Of a stretch of 64,000 bases of DNA, positions 1 through 9,355 are shown one piece after another. The position numbers and the translations under genes were made by a program. How positions within the stretch are numbered: the first letter of the stretch is position 1; every line of letters starts with the position of its first letter. The notes below the pieces were generated by a model. It worked only from the letters and a program-made list of their open reading frames with translations. It ran no database searches and was not told the origin of the DNA. This DNA is from Alphaproteobacteria bacterium (GTDB lineage Bacteria; Pseudomonadota; Alphaproteobacteria; UBA828): contig CBDCQT010000005.1 in assembly GCA_965220745.1 (NCBI GenBank), positions 256,001 through 320,000 of the forward strand, given 5' to 3'.

Positions 1-335
1 TCGGTGGCGATGACCGAACCATAGTCCTTGCTTGCGTGCAGGGTCTCCACGTGGGCGGCGCAGGCGGATTCCAGCTTGCCCCAGGGATCGTCCGCGGTCT
101 CGATGGCGGCCAGCACGCGCTCCTTGATTCGCTGGATGCCGGCGGCATGGACCGCCGCCAGCAGGTCCTCCTTGGAGGCGAAGTGGTAGTACATCGAGCC
201 GGGCAGGATGCCGGCCGCGGCGGCAATATCGCGCACCGAGGTGGCGCTGTAGCCGGACCGAGCGAACTCCACCGCCGCCGCGTCGAGGATGCGGCCCCGG
301 CGATTGTCCCTGCGCTTCCCGTCGGTTTCCGCCAC
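1..335 (-). CDS. TetR/AcrR family transcriptional regulator (3' end runs off the window)
   Basis: Manual translation from GTG at 335 gives MAETDGKRRDNRRGRILDAAAVEFARSGYSATSVRDIAAAAGILPGSMYYHFASKEDLL, a typical TetR N-terminal HTH. Absent from the ORF track because it is truncated. Confidence 0.9.
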   Translation of the reverse strand, partial: MAETDGKRRDNRRGRILDAAAVEFARSGYSATSVRDIAAAAGILPGSMYYHFASKEDLLAAVHAAGIQRIKERVLAAIETADDPWGKLESACAAHVETLHASKDYGSVIAT

Positions 336-369
336 TGCCTAGGATCATTCCGGACTCGGCGGGTTTGGG

Positions 370-383
370 CAAGCGTTTGTTTG
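370..383. promoter_or_regulatory. Possible TetR operator (CAAGC-N4-GTTTG imperfect palindrome)
   Basis: CAAGCGTTTGTTTG lies about 35 bp upstream of the tetR start in the divergent intergenic region and is one mismatch from a CAAAC-N4-GTTTG palindrome. A perfect GGTAGCTACC palindrome lies at 436-445. Confidence 0.35.
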
Positions 384-537
384 ATTGGGGCGTGCCGGGC
401 CTTGAGCGCGCCCGCCGATTGTCGCCACGGTTGAAGGTAGCTACCATCGTCGGCGATGCGCTGGGCAAGGAGGCCGGCGCCCGGCCGCGCCGCGTCCGGC
501 ACGGACGGCAGGATGCACCGACACAGGGAGGCTATCG

Positions 538-1779
538 ATGAGCAAAGTGAATCGTCGCACGTTCCTGAAGGCGGCCGGAATCGGTGGCGCGGCAATAGCT
601 GCAGCGCCGACCGTGATCGTGAAGCCCGCACGCGCCGACACCATCAGGGTCGGCGGACTGCACGACCGCACCGGCGTGATCGGCATCTACGGCAACGAGA
701 TGGCCGACGCGCTCGTGTTCGCGGTGGAAGAGATCAACGCCGGCGGCGGGGTGCTGGGCCAGCAGCTCGAACTCATCGAGTACGACGCCCAGTCGACCAT
801 GGCCAACTACTCGCAGTACGCGCAGCGGCTGGCGACCAGCGACCAGGTCGACGTCGTCTTCGGCGGCATCACCAGTGCGTCGCGCGAGTCGATCCGCCCG
901 GTCTTCGACCGCTTCCGCAAACTCTACTTCTACAGCACCTTCTACGAGGGCGGCGTCTGTGACCGCACGGTCTTCTGCAACGCCGAGACGCCGGCGCAGA
1001 TCAACGGCCCGCTGCTCAAGTACGCGATGGACAAGTTCGGCGCGAAGACCGTCTACACCATCGCCGCCGACTACATCTATGGGCAGATCACCGCCGACTG
1101 GATCAAGAAGTACGCGAAGGATTTCGGGGGCGAGGTGATTGCCGAAGAGTTCTTCCCCCTCGATGTCGGCGACTTTGCGTCCACCATCACCAAGATTCAG
1201 CAGGCCGACCCCGACCTGGTGGTCTCGGCGCTCGTGGGCGGCAACCACATCGGCTTCTACCGGCAGTGGCCGGCGGCGGGGATGCAGGACAAGATCCCGG
1301 TCGCGTCCACCGTGTTCGGGCCGTGGGAGAACGCCTTCGTCTCGGCCGCTGAGTCCGAGGGCATCATGTGCTCCTACCACTACTTCCAGAGCATCGACTC
1401 GCCGGCCAACGCGGCGTTCCTGGAGAAGTGGCGCGCCCGCTACGGCGAAGATGCCCAGGAGATCGGCACCCTCGCGATCTGCACCTACAACTCGGTCAAC
1501 ATGTGGAAGAAGGCGGTCGAGCAGGCCGAGACCATCGACCGCATGGCGGTGATCGAGGCGCTGGAGACGGGGATCTCGGTCGAAGGGCCGGGCGGCACGG
1601 TGACGATGGATCCGCCGACGCACCACACGATCATGAGCGCGGCGATTGCCGAGCTGAATGGCGGCAACTTCAACATCGTCGAGGTGGCCGAGAACCGGAC
1701 GCCGGACGATACCGCCACGGTCTGCGACCTGATCGCCAATCCGAATCAGGCGACCCAGTACCGGATCGAAGTCGACTGA
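538..1779 (+). CDS. Urea/amide (UrtA/AmiC-like) ABC transporter substrate-binding protein, Tat-exported
   Basis: Twin-arginine signal NRRTFLK; motifs FGGITSASRESIRP and YFYSTFYEGG; GGGAGG RBS upstream. Confidence 0.85.
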   Translation: MSKVNRRTFLKAAGIGGAAIAAAPTVIVKPARADTIRVGGLHDRTGVIGIYGNEMADALVFAVEEINAGGGVLGQQLELIEYDAQSTMANYSQYAQRLATSDQVDVVFGGITSASRESIRPVFDRFRKLYFYSTFYEGGVCDRTVFCNAETPAQINGPLLKYAMDKFGAKTVYTIAADYIYGQITADWIKKYAKDFGGEVIAEEFFPLDVGDFASTITKIQQADPDLVVSALVGGNHIGFYRQWPAAGMQDKIPVASTVFGPWENAFVSAAESEGIMCSYHYFQSIDSPANAAFLEKWRARYGEDAQEIGTLAICTYNSVNMWKKAVEQAETIDRMAVIEALETGISVEGPGGTVTMDPPTHHTIMSAAIAELNGGNFNIVEVAENRTPDDTATVCDLIANPNQATQYRIEVD

Positions 1780-1805
1780 CCTCTTTCTAGTCGTCGTTAC
1801 CGATC

Positions 1806-2672
1806 ATGGACCTCGCCGGCATCATCGCCGTCCAGATCGGCTACACCGTGGCCAGCCTCGCGCTCATCAGCGCGGGGCTGGCCGTCATTTTCGGCATGAT
1901 GCGGGTCATCAACCTGGCCCACGGCGAGTTCCTGATGCTGGGCGCCTACGCGGTCGTGGTCTCGACCAAGGCCGGCATCAACTTCTGGGTCTCGATGCTG
2001 GTGATCGCGCCGCTCTTCGTCGGCATCGTCGGCGTCATCGTCGAGCGCTTCGTCGTCCGCTTCCTCTACGGCCGCATGATGGACACCCTGATCGCGACCT
2101 GGGGGCTCTCGCTGCTCTTTATCGGCATCATCACGACCATCTTCGGCAATGCGACCGAGAGCGTGGTCTCGCCGCTCGGCAGCTTCGAGATCGGCGAGTT
2201 CGTCGAGAGCCAGTACCGGCTCTTCATCATCTTCCTTGGCGTGCTCGTGATCGCGGTGATCTTCGTGGTGCTGCGCTATTCGCGCGCAGGCCTCATCGCC
2301 CGCGGCACGATGCAGAACGCCGACATGGCGGCGGCGCTCGGTATCAGCCCGCAGCATGTCTACACCATCACCTTCGGCGTGGGCGCGGCGTTGACCGGGC
2401 TCGCGGGCGCTGCACTCGCGCCGGTGACCGGCCTGCTGCCGACCATGGGCGCGGCCTTCATCGCCAAGGCCTTCATCACCGTGATCGGGGGCGGCGAGGC
2501 CATCGTGACCGGCACCTCGTCCGCGTCAGCGTTCTTCGGCACCGTGAACCAGGTCACCACCTTCCTCTGGACACCGGTCATGGGCGACGTCGCGCTGCTG
2601 ATCGCCGCGGTCATCCTGCTCAGGCTGCTGCCGCAGGGTATCACCGGCCGGTTCTTCCGCCGATGGCTCTGA
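1806..2672 (+). CDS. Branched-chain amino acid/urea-type ABC permease (UrtB/LivH-like)
   Basis: GLAVIFGMMRVINLAHGEFLMLGAY signature; multiple hydrophobic helices. Confidence 0.9.
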   Translation: MDLAGIIAVQIGYTVASLALISAGLAVIFGMMRVINLAHGEFLMLGAYAVVVSTKAGINFWVSMLVIAPLFVGIVGVIVERFVVRFLYGRMMDTLIATWGLSLLFIGIITTIFGNATESVVSPLGSFEIGEFVESQYRLFIIFLGVLVIAVIFVVLRYSRAGLIARGTMQNADMAAALGISPQHVYTITFGVGAALTGLAGAALAPVTGLLPTMGAAFIAKAFITVIGGGEAIVTGTSSASAFFGTVNQVTTFLWTPVMGDVALLIAAVILLRLLPQGITGRFFRRWL

Positions 2673-3712
2673 ACGTCAGTCTCAATTCCGACGGGCTCAC
2701 GGTGGGGCGGCTTTCGCCGACGCTCACCGGGCCGATCGCGGCCGTGGTCATTATCGCGCTGGTCATCGGCATCCTGCCGCTAGTGGTCTCCGACATCTTC
2801 ATTCTGCTCCAGCTCACGCTCTTCATGGCCTATGGCATCCTTGCCATGAGTCTCGGCTGGGTCTGGGGTTACGGCGGCATCTTCAGCTTCGGCCAGGCCG
2901 CGTTCTATGGCCTCGGCGGCTACACCTATGCCGTGGTCTCGATCAACATGGGGGGCAGCACGACCGCGCTCTTCGCGGGCGTCGCCGTGCCCGCGGCCTT
3001 CGCGCTCTTCCTCGGCTACTTCATGTTCTACGGCCGCATCAGCACGGTCTACGTGGCGGTCATCACCCTCGTCGTGTCGCTGATCTTCTACAAGTTCCTG
3101 GGCCACACGGCGGGTTACGAATACACCATCGGCACCGCCCATCTCGGCGGCTTCAACGGCATGCCAGCGCTGCCGCCGATCAACACGCCGGGCAATCCCA
3201 TGAGCATTATCTGGCCCGAGGACATGTTCGTCATCACCGGGATCTGCCTGCTGCTGGTGTACGTCGGCCTGCGATTCGCGATGCACTCCAGCTTCGGCCG
3301 CGCGGTCGCCGCGATGCGGGAGAACGAGCTCCGGGCCGAGCTGCTCGGCTACGACACGCGGCTCTACAAGATGGCCGTCTTCGGGATCGGCGGCGCCGTG
3401 GCGGGCCTCGCGGGCGTGCTCTACGCCAACTGGAACTCCTACGTGAGCCCCACCGTGTTCGACCTGGGCTTCAGCGCGCAGATCATCATTTGGGTTGTGG
3501 TCGGCGGGCTCGGCACCCTGGTGGGGCCGCTGGTGGGTGCGATGGCTTTGGGCTTCGTCACCATCGAGCTCGGCACGCAGCAGACCGTGGACGTCAACCT
3601 GATCCTCGGCGTGATTCTCGTGGTCTTCGTGCTGGCGGTACCGGAGGGCGTCACCGCCCAGGCCCGCGCCCTCTACGGGCGCCTGATGGACCGGGTTCAG
3701 GCCAGGGCCTGA
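2663..3712 (+). CDS. Branched-chain amino acid/urea-type ABC permease (UrtC/LivM-like)
   Basis: WGYGGIFSFGQAAFYGLGGY, FGRAVAAMRENELRAELLGY and IIWVVVGGLGTLVGP motifs; overlaps the upstream gene. Confidence 0.9.
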   Translation: MALNVSLNSDGLTVGRLSPTLTGPIAAVVIIALVIGILPLVVSDIFILLQLTLFMAYGILAMSLGWVWGYGGIFSFGQAAFYGLGGYTYAVVSINMGGSTTALFAGVAVPAAFALFLGYFMFYGRISTVYVAVITLVVSLIFYKFLGHTAGYEYTIGTAHLGGFNGMPALPPINTPGNPMSIIWPEDMFVITGICLLLVYVGLRFAMHSSFGRAVAAMRENELRAELLGYDTRLYKMAVFGIGGAVAGLAGVLYANWNSYVSPTVFDLGFSAQIIIWVVVGGLGTLVGPLVGAMALGFVTIELGTQQTVDVNLILGVILVVFVLAVPEGVTAQARALYGRLMDRVQARA

Positions 3713-3718
3713 GTAGCC

Positions 3719-4711
3719 CTATTCTGCCGCCTGGGTGGCGGGGCCGGCCTCCAGCCGCGCGATGGCGCGGGCATAGACTCCGGGGTCCACGTTGCCGCCC
3801 GAGAGGATCAGCCCGACCTTCTTGCCGGCCATCATGTCCCGCTCCTGCATCAGCGCCGCGAGCGGGGACGCGCCTGCGCCCTCGGCGAGGTTGTGCGTAT
3901 CGGCGTGGTAGGCGGCGATGGCGTCGAGCATCTCGTCGTCAGAGACGCTGACGATGCGCGCGCAGCCGGCGAGGATCAGGTCAAGGCCCTCGGGCGAGGG
4001 CTCGCGGGTCGCGATCCCGTCGCCCACCACGGTCGTGGCCCGGTTGATCGAGACCGGCCGCCTTGCCTCGAAGCTGAGCGCGTAGCAGTTGGCGCCTTCG
4101 GCGACCACGCCGATGATCTCGGTCTTGAGCCCGAGGGCATCGCGCACGCCCATCAGCCCGCATATGCCGGAGCCAAGCCCGACCGGCACATAGACCGCGT
4201 CGAGATCGGGCACCGCAGTGAAGAGCTCCAGCGCGTAGGTGCCGACGCCGCGCACCAGGCGCTCGTCGAAGGAGGGAACCATGACCAGGTCCCGCTCGGC
4301 CGCGAGCGCCTGGGCGTGCTCGTAGGCGGCCTCGAAATCCGCGCCGTGCACCACCAGCTCGCCGCCGAAGGCTCCCATCGCCGCGTTCTTGCCCGCCGCA
4401 TTGCCCTCCGGCACCACGAGAGTCGCTGTGAGGCCGAGCCGGGTCGCGGCGTAGGCGATGCTCTGGCCGTGATTGCCCCTGGTGGCGGCGATGACGCCGG
4501 CGACCGGACCATGCCGGCGTAGATCGTCCATGTAGACGAGGCCGCCCCTAACCTTGAAGGCGCAGATTGGGGTGTGATTCTCGTGCTTGACCCAGACCTC
4601 AGCCCCGGTGCGCTCGGCCAGCAGCGGCCACGGGATTTGCGGCGTGGGGTCGAGGGTCTCGTGAACGAAGGCGGCAGCCTCTTGGAATTCGGCCAGCGTG
4701 GGCAGGCGCAT
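3719..4711 (-). CDS. PLP-dependent threonine/serine dehydratase family protein
   Basis: KHENHTPICAFKVRGG (PLP lysine), ATRGNHGQS, VPVGLGSG and LSGGNVD motifs; start set at the ATG of MRLPTL. Confidence 0.9.
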   Translation of the reverse strand: MRLPTLAEFQEAAAFVHETLDPTPQIPWPLLAERTGAEVWVKHENHTPICAFKVRGGLVYMDDLRRHGPVAGVIAATRGNHGQSIAYAATRLGLTATLVVPEGNAAGKNAAMGAFGGELVVHGADFEAAYEHAQALAAERDLVMVPSFDERLVRGVGTYALELFTAVPDLDAVYVPVGLGSGICGLMGVRDALGLKTEIIGVVAEGANCYALSFEARRPVSINRATTVVGDGIATREPSPEGLDLILAGCARIVSVSDDEMLDAIAAYHADTHNLAEGAGASPLAALMQERDMMAGKKVGLILSGGNVDPGVYARAIARLEAGPATQAAE

Positions 4712-4843
4712 GGCGGTGCTCCCCTGGGTCGGTGGCGGCGCACTATAGCAGGCGCGCACGACCTTTCAGGCGTGTGCAACAGCAGGTGCGCGATCCTGTC
4801 GGGATGGCAGGCCCCGGCCGCCGCCCTGCATCGCGTTCGCCCG

Positions 4844-4880
4844 CCTCACCCTGGCCCTCTCCGATCGCCGGGGCGGAGAG
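4844..4880. repeat. Partial copy of the C/G-rich palindromic intergenic repeat
   Basis: cctcaccctggccctctcc (4844-4862) matches cctcaccccggccctctcc (60339-60357) at 18/19 positions and is followed by ggagag, which closes a hairpin. Confidence 0.55.
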
Positions 4881-4950
4881 CTGCCGCGGCCGGGTTCTGT
4901 GGCCGGCCTCGTGCTTGCAGGCTATTGTTCCTACACGAGACAGGGAAGGT

Positions 4951-5295
4951 ATGGCGATGGAGGTGACCAGCGAAAGGCGGGACGGTGTCCTGTGGTTCTC
5001 CGTGAGCGGGCGCGTCACTATCCTCAATGCCGCGCAGTTCGAGGAGACGGTCGCAGACGCTATCGAGGATGGCGACCGGGCGGTGATTATCGACCTTGAG
5101 AACCTGGTCTACATCAGCAGTGCGGGCCTTTACGCCGTCCTCAGGGTCGCAAAGAGCTTGTGGCAACGCGATGCGGCATTCGCCCTATGCGCACTGTCGG
5201 ATTCCGTCCATCTGGTTTTCGAGAGAGTAGGGTTCGCCAAAATTATGGCAATCCATTCGACCAAGGCCGAGGCACTGGCATCCCTCGAGAGCTGA
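4951..5295 (+). CDS. STAS domain protein (anti-sigma factor antagonist)
   Basis: VIIDLENLVYISSAGL with the phosphorylatable Ser; about 114 aa; GGGAAGG RBS. Confidence 0.85.
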   Translation: MAMEVTSERRDGVLWFSVSGRVTILNAAQFEETVADAIEDGDRAVIIDLENLVYISSAGLYAVLRVAKSLWQRDAAFALCALSDSVHLVFERVGFAKIMAIHSTKAEALASLES

Positions 5296-5442
5296 ACCAG
5301 CAGCCCGGCCCCGTCTCGCGCGGCTCGGAGGGAGGCACCGCCGCGCCCCAATTTGCCGCGCCCGCGACCCTTCGGGCGCGGGCGACCGGTTGCATCACAG
5401 GCGACCGGATGTACCTTGACGCGGCCGACTGGAGGGGAGGCG

Positions 5443-7044
5443 ATGGAGGTTCTGCGCTCGACGGTCGATCCGGCCTCGGACAAGTTCAAGGACAACGAGG
5501 CGGCCATGCGGGCGCTTGTGGACGACCTCGCCAGCCGCCACGCGCGGGTGCTGGAGGGTGGGCCTCCCCAGGCGCGCGAGCGGCACCGGGAGCGGGGCAA
5601 GATGCTGCCGCGCGAGCGGGTCACGGCGCTGATCGACCAAGGCTCGCCGTTCCTGGAGCTTTCGGCGCTGGCGGCGGACGGCCTCTACGGCGCGGACGTG
5701 CCGGCCGCCGGCATCATCACCGGTATCGGGCGCATCCAGGGGCGCGAGTGCGTCGTCATCGCCAACGACGCGACGGTCAAGGGCGGCACTTACTACCCGA
5801 TGACCGTCAAGAAGCACATCCGCGCCCAGGAGATCGCCGAGGAGAACCGGCTGCCCTGCCTTTACCTGGTGGATTCCGGCGGCGCCAACCTGCCGCACCA
5901 GGACGAGGTGTTCCCCGACCGCGATCATTTCGGGCGCATCTTCTTCAACCAGGCGCGCATGTCGGCGAAGGGCATCGCGCAGGTCGCCGTGGTGATGGGC
6001 TCGTGCACGGCGGGCGGCGCCTATGTGCCGGCGATGTCCGACGAGACCATCATCGTGAAGGAGCAGGGCACGATCTTCCTGGGCGGGCCGCCGCTGGTGA
6101 AGGCCGCCACCGGCGAGGAGGTAAGCGCCGAGGAGCTGGGCGGCGCCGACGTGCACACGCGGCTCTCGGGAGTCGCCGACCACATGGCGGCGGACGATGC
6201 CGACGCCATTCGCCGGGCACGAGCCATCGTCTATCGGCTCGGCGCCCCGCCGCCGGCACCGCCCGCGCCGGCGCCCGAGCCCGCTTACGACCCCGCCGAG
6301 ATCTACGGCGTCGTGCCGCAGTCGCTGCGCACCATGTTCAACGTGCGCGAGGTGATCGCGCGCATCGCGGACGGCAGCGCCTTCGACGAGTTCAAGGCCC
6401 GCTACGGCGCCACCCTGGTGACCGGCTTCGCGCACATCGGCGGGCATCTCGTCGGCATCCTCGCCAACAACGGCATCCTGTTCTCCGAATCCTCGCTCAA
6501 GGGCGCGCACTTCATCGAGCTCTGCTGCCAGCGCGGCATTCCGCTGCTGTTCCTGCAGAACATCGTGGGCTTCATGGTGGGCAAGCGCTACGAGCAGGGC
6601 GGCATTGCCAAGGACGGGGCCAAGCTGGTCACCGCGGTCTCGTGCGCGGCCGTGCCCAAGCTCACGGTCATCATCGGCGGCAGCTATGGCGCCGGGAACT
6701 ACGGCATGTGCGGCCGCGCCTACGGGCCGCGCTTCCTCTGGATGTGGCCGAACGCGCGCATCTCGGTGATGGGCGGCGAGCAGGCGGCGAGCGTGCTGGC
6801 CCGCATCCGGCGCGACCGGGTCGAGGCCGGCGGCGGCGCATGGAGCGAGGACGAGGAGGCCGCGTTCAAGGCGCCGATCCGCGCCCAGTACGAGGAGCAG
6901 GGGAATCCCTACTACGCCGCAGCCCGGCTCTGGCACGACGGGGTGATCGACCCGGCGGAGACGCGGCAGGTGCTGGCGCGGGCTCTCGGCATCGTCGCGG
7001 GCGGGCCGGCCGAGGCCACGCGCTTCGGCGTCTTCAGGATGTAG
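5443..7044 (+). CDS. liuB: 3-methylcrotonyl-CoA carboxylase beta (carboxyltransferase) subunit
   Basis: [39 protein letters not shown] and C-terminal FGVFRM; GGAGG RBS before ATG 5443. Confidence 0.9.
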   Translation: MEVLRSTVDPASDKFKDNEAAMRALVDDLASRHARVLEGGPPQARERHRERGKMLPRERVTALIDQGSPFLELSALAADGLYGADVPAAGIITGIGRIQGRECVVIANDATVKGGTYYPMTVKKHIRAQEIAEENRLPCLYLVDSGGANLPHQDEVFPDRDHFGRIFFNQARMSAKGIAQVAVVMGSCTAGGAYVPAMSDETIIVKEQGTIFLGGPPLVKAATGEEVSAEELGGADVHTRLSGVADHMAADDADAIRRARAIVYRLGAPPPAPPAPAPEPAYDPAEIYGVVPQSLRTMFNVREVIARIADGSAFDEFKARYGATLVTGFAHIGGHLVGILANNGILFSESSLKGAHFIELCCQRGIPLLFLQNIVGFMVGKRYEQGGIAKDGAKLVTAVSCAAVPKLTVIIGGSYGAGNYGMCGRAYGPRFLWMWPNARISVMGGEQAASVLARIRRDRVEAGGGAWSEDEEAAFKAPIRAQYEEQGNPYYAAARLWHDGVIDPAETRQVLARALGIVAGGPAEATRFGVFRM

Positions 7045-7058
7045 GAGGACGCAGGGCC

Positions 7059-7844
7059 ATGGCCGACGACACCGTGCTGGTCGGATTCGAGGGAGCCGTC
7101 GCCACGGTCACGCTCAACCGGCCCAAGGCGCACAACGCCTTCGACGACGCGCTGGTCGCCCTGCTCACGAGCACGCTGGAGAGGCTGGGCACGCGTTACG
7201 ACGTGCGCGTGGTCGTCCTCACCGGGCGCGGCAAGTCCTTCAGCGCCGGCGCCGACCTGGCCTACATGAAGCGGGCCGCGGGCTTCTCGGAGGCGGAGAA
7301 CATCGTCGACGCCCGCGCGGTCGCACGCCTGCTCGTGGTGCTGGGCGGCCTGCCCAAGCCCACCGTGGCGCTGGTGCAGGGGCCGGCCTACGGCGGCGGC
7401 GTCGGGCTGGTCAGCGCCTGCGATATCGCCATCGCGGCCGAGAGCGCGGCCTTCGCACTGACCGAGGTGCGCCTCGGGCTGATCCCCGCCGTGATCAGCC
7501 CGTTCGTGGTCCGCGCCATCGGCGACTCCTGGAGCCGGCGCTACATGCTCACGGGCGAGCGCTTCGATGCGGAGACCGCACTCCGGATCGGGCTGGTGCA
7601 CGAGGTGGTGCCTGCCAAGGCCCTGGAAGCGCGCGGCGCGGAGATCGTGCAGACCCTGCTGAAGTGCTCGCCGGACGCGCAACGCCGGGCGAAGTCGCTG
7701 ATCGACGCGGTCTCGGACCGGCCGATCGACGATGCGCTGGCCGACGACGTTGCGAGCCGCATCGCCGAAGCGCGCGCATCGGAGGACGGGAAGGAGGGGA
7801 TCGCCGCCTTCCTCGAGAAGCGGCCGCCCAAGTGGTGGGACTGA
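7059..7844 (+). CDS. liuC: Enoyl-CoA hydratase family protein, methylglutaconyl-CoA hydratase-like
   Basis: C-terminal part of the 5160..7844 ORF; FSAGADL, GGGVGLVSACD, EVRLGLIPAVISP and EGIAAFLEKRPP motifs; AGGAGG RBS; directly after liuB. Confidence 0.85.
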   Translation: MADDTVLVGFEGAVATVTLNRPKAHNAFDDALVALLTSTLERLGTRYDVRVVVLTGRGKSFSAGADLAYMKRAAGFSEAENIVDARAVARLLVVLGGLPKPTVALVQGPAYGGGVGLVSACDIAIAAESAAFALTEVRLGLIPAVISPFVVRAIGDSWSRRYMLTGERFDAETALRIGLVHEVVPAKALEARGAEIVQTLLKCSPDAQRRAKSLIDAVSDRPIDDALADDVASRIAEARASEDGKEGIAAFLEKRPPKWWD

Positions 7845-7893
7845 ACCTGCAAGAGCTAGATTCCGCGCGCGTCAGGCTTCGCGGACGCGCGAC

Positions 7894-8325
7894 GTGGCAC
7901 TGCACCTGCTGAAGCTCGCCGTCGGCATCGACGGGGTCGATCACCTGCGCGCGGTCCAGGCGGCGCGGCTAGAGCGGCTCGGCCGGCTGATCCACGTGAC
8001 CCGCTTCACGCCGCGCCGGGCCGAGGAAGTCCTGGCCGGCGGCTCCATGTACTGGGTCATCCGGCACCGCATCCGGGTGCGCCAGCGCATCCTGCGCTTC
8101 GACCGGCACGAGACGAAGGCGGGCGGCAAGCCCAAGTGCGCCGTCGTGCTCGATCCCGAGCTCATCGCCACCGACCCGGTGCATCGCCGCCCGCACCAGG
8201 GCTGGCGCTATCTGGAGGGCTCCGCCGCACCACGGGACCTCGGCCCGGTGGGAACGGTCGAGATACCCGAGGACGCCTTCCCGCCGGACTTGGCGGCCGA
8301 GCTCCGCGCCCTCGGTCTTCTCTGA
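7894..8325 (+). CDS. DUF1489 family protein
   Basis: LHLLKLAVG, GGSMYWVI, QGWRYL and LAAELRALGLL match this alphaproteobacterial family as recalled. Confidence 0.8.
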   Translation: MALHLLKLAVGIDGVDHLRAVQAARLERLGRLIHVTRFTPRRAEEVLAGGSMYWVIRHRIRVRQRILRFDRHETKAGGKPKCAVVLDPELIATDPVHRRPHQGWRYLEGSAAPRDLGPVGTVEIPEDAFPPDLAAELRALGLL

Positions 8326-8382
8326 GCGCATGGGATGCAGGCCGTGCTATGGTGAACCAACAGAGCGACGGAGGGCACGGTC

Positions 8383-9006
8383 ATGAGCGGGGCTGACTGG
8401 CATATCAAGGGCGACTACTTCGAGACCTGCAGCTGCGACTACCTCTGTCCCTGCATCTTCACCAACATGACCGCGATGCCGACCGACGGCGTCTGCGAGG
8501 TCGCAATCGTGCTGGATATTGCGGAGGGGCATTACGGCGACACCCGCCTCGACGGCGTGGCCTTCGTCACCGCGGCGATGGTGGCGGGGCCCATGGGCGA
8601 CGGCAACTGGACCGTGGGCCTGATCATCGACGAAGGGGCGAGCGACGCGCAGGTGGACGCCATCGGCCGCATTTGCTCTGGCGACGAGGGCGGGCCGATG
8701 GCGCTGATGGCGCCGCTCATCGGCACCTTCGCCGGCGTGGCGCGGGCGCCGATCAGGATCGAGCGGCGGACGATGGGCTTCTCGATCACCGCCGGCGAGC
8801 TGCTGAGCCACGGAGCCGAAGGCGTGCCCAGCCTGCCCGATCCCGCCGAGACCATCATGATCGACAACACCGGGCACCCCGCCAACAAGCGCCTGCACCT
8901 CGCCATCGGGACCCACAGCCACCTGAACGCCTTCGGCATCGAGTGGAACGACGCGGAGGGCGGCCACAACGGCCATTACGCCCCCTTCGAATGGCGTCCG
9001 AACTAG
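8383..9006 (+). CDS. DUF1326 domain protein
   Basis: WHIKGDYFETCSCDYLCPC and PTDGVC Cys-rich N-terminus; GNWTVGLIIDE. Confidence 0.85.
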   Translation: MSGADWHIKGDYFETCSCDYLCPCIFTNMTAMPTDGVCEVAIVLDIAEGHYGDTRLDGVAFVTAAMVAGPMGDGNWTVGLIIDEGASDAQVDAIGRICSGDEGGPMALMAPLIGTFAGVARAPIRIERRTMGFSITAGELLSHGAEGVPSLPDPAETIMIDNTGHPANKRLHLAIGTHSHLNAFGIEWNDAEGGHNGHYAPFEWRPN

Positions 9007-9274
9007 CCCGCAATTCTCACCAAGGTCATGGTCTGCGCGGCGCTCTCCGGCCTACAGAGCAGGAAAGCCGCGAAGCGCGATGCGGGGACATCGGGCGAGT
9101 GGCTTGACGCACTCTGTAGGCCGGAGAGCACCGCCCTTCGGGTCGCGCCCAGGCGCCCGCCCGCGGCGTCGCGGACCTCAACCGTAGTCCCCGCTACGCT
9201 TTTCGGCCCGCTCCTGGCGGATCAAACGCCTGGGTGCGACGCAGGCCGCGACCGTGGTGAGAAATGCGGGCTGG
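9003..9274. mobile_element. MITE-like non-autonomous element with 35-bp imperfect terminal inverted repeats and an internal 18-bp perfect inverted repeat
   Basis: Left end ctagcccgcaattctcaccaaggtcatggtctgcg (9003-9037) against the reverse complement of 9240-9274, ccagcccgcatttctcaccacggtcgcggcctgcg, gives 29/35 identity. Internal pair: gctctccggcctacagag (9042-9059) and ctctgtaggccggagagc (9112-9129). No transposase. Confidence 0.75.
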
Positions 9275-9355
9275 CCGTCGGACCGTAAGTCGGTCCCGAA
9301 TTTTGGTACCGCGGCCCGGCCATCGACGGCCGGGCCCGAACGCCTCGGCGCAGGC

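Noticed and set aside
36-434. 132-aa plus-strand ORF at the window start
   Set aside because: Antisense shadow of the truncated tetR gene.
5160-7058. N-terminal ~630 aa of the 894-aa ORF, suggesting a giant fusion to the enoyl-CoA hydratase
   Set aside because: It is an alternate frame of liuB; the real gene has its own AGGAGG RBS and ATG at 7059.
9028-9288. 86-aa ORF inside the MITE-like element as a possible transposase remnant
   Set aside because: No DDE, HUH or HTH motifs and no RBS; probably incidental.
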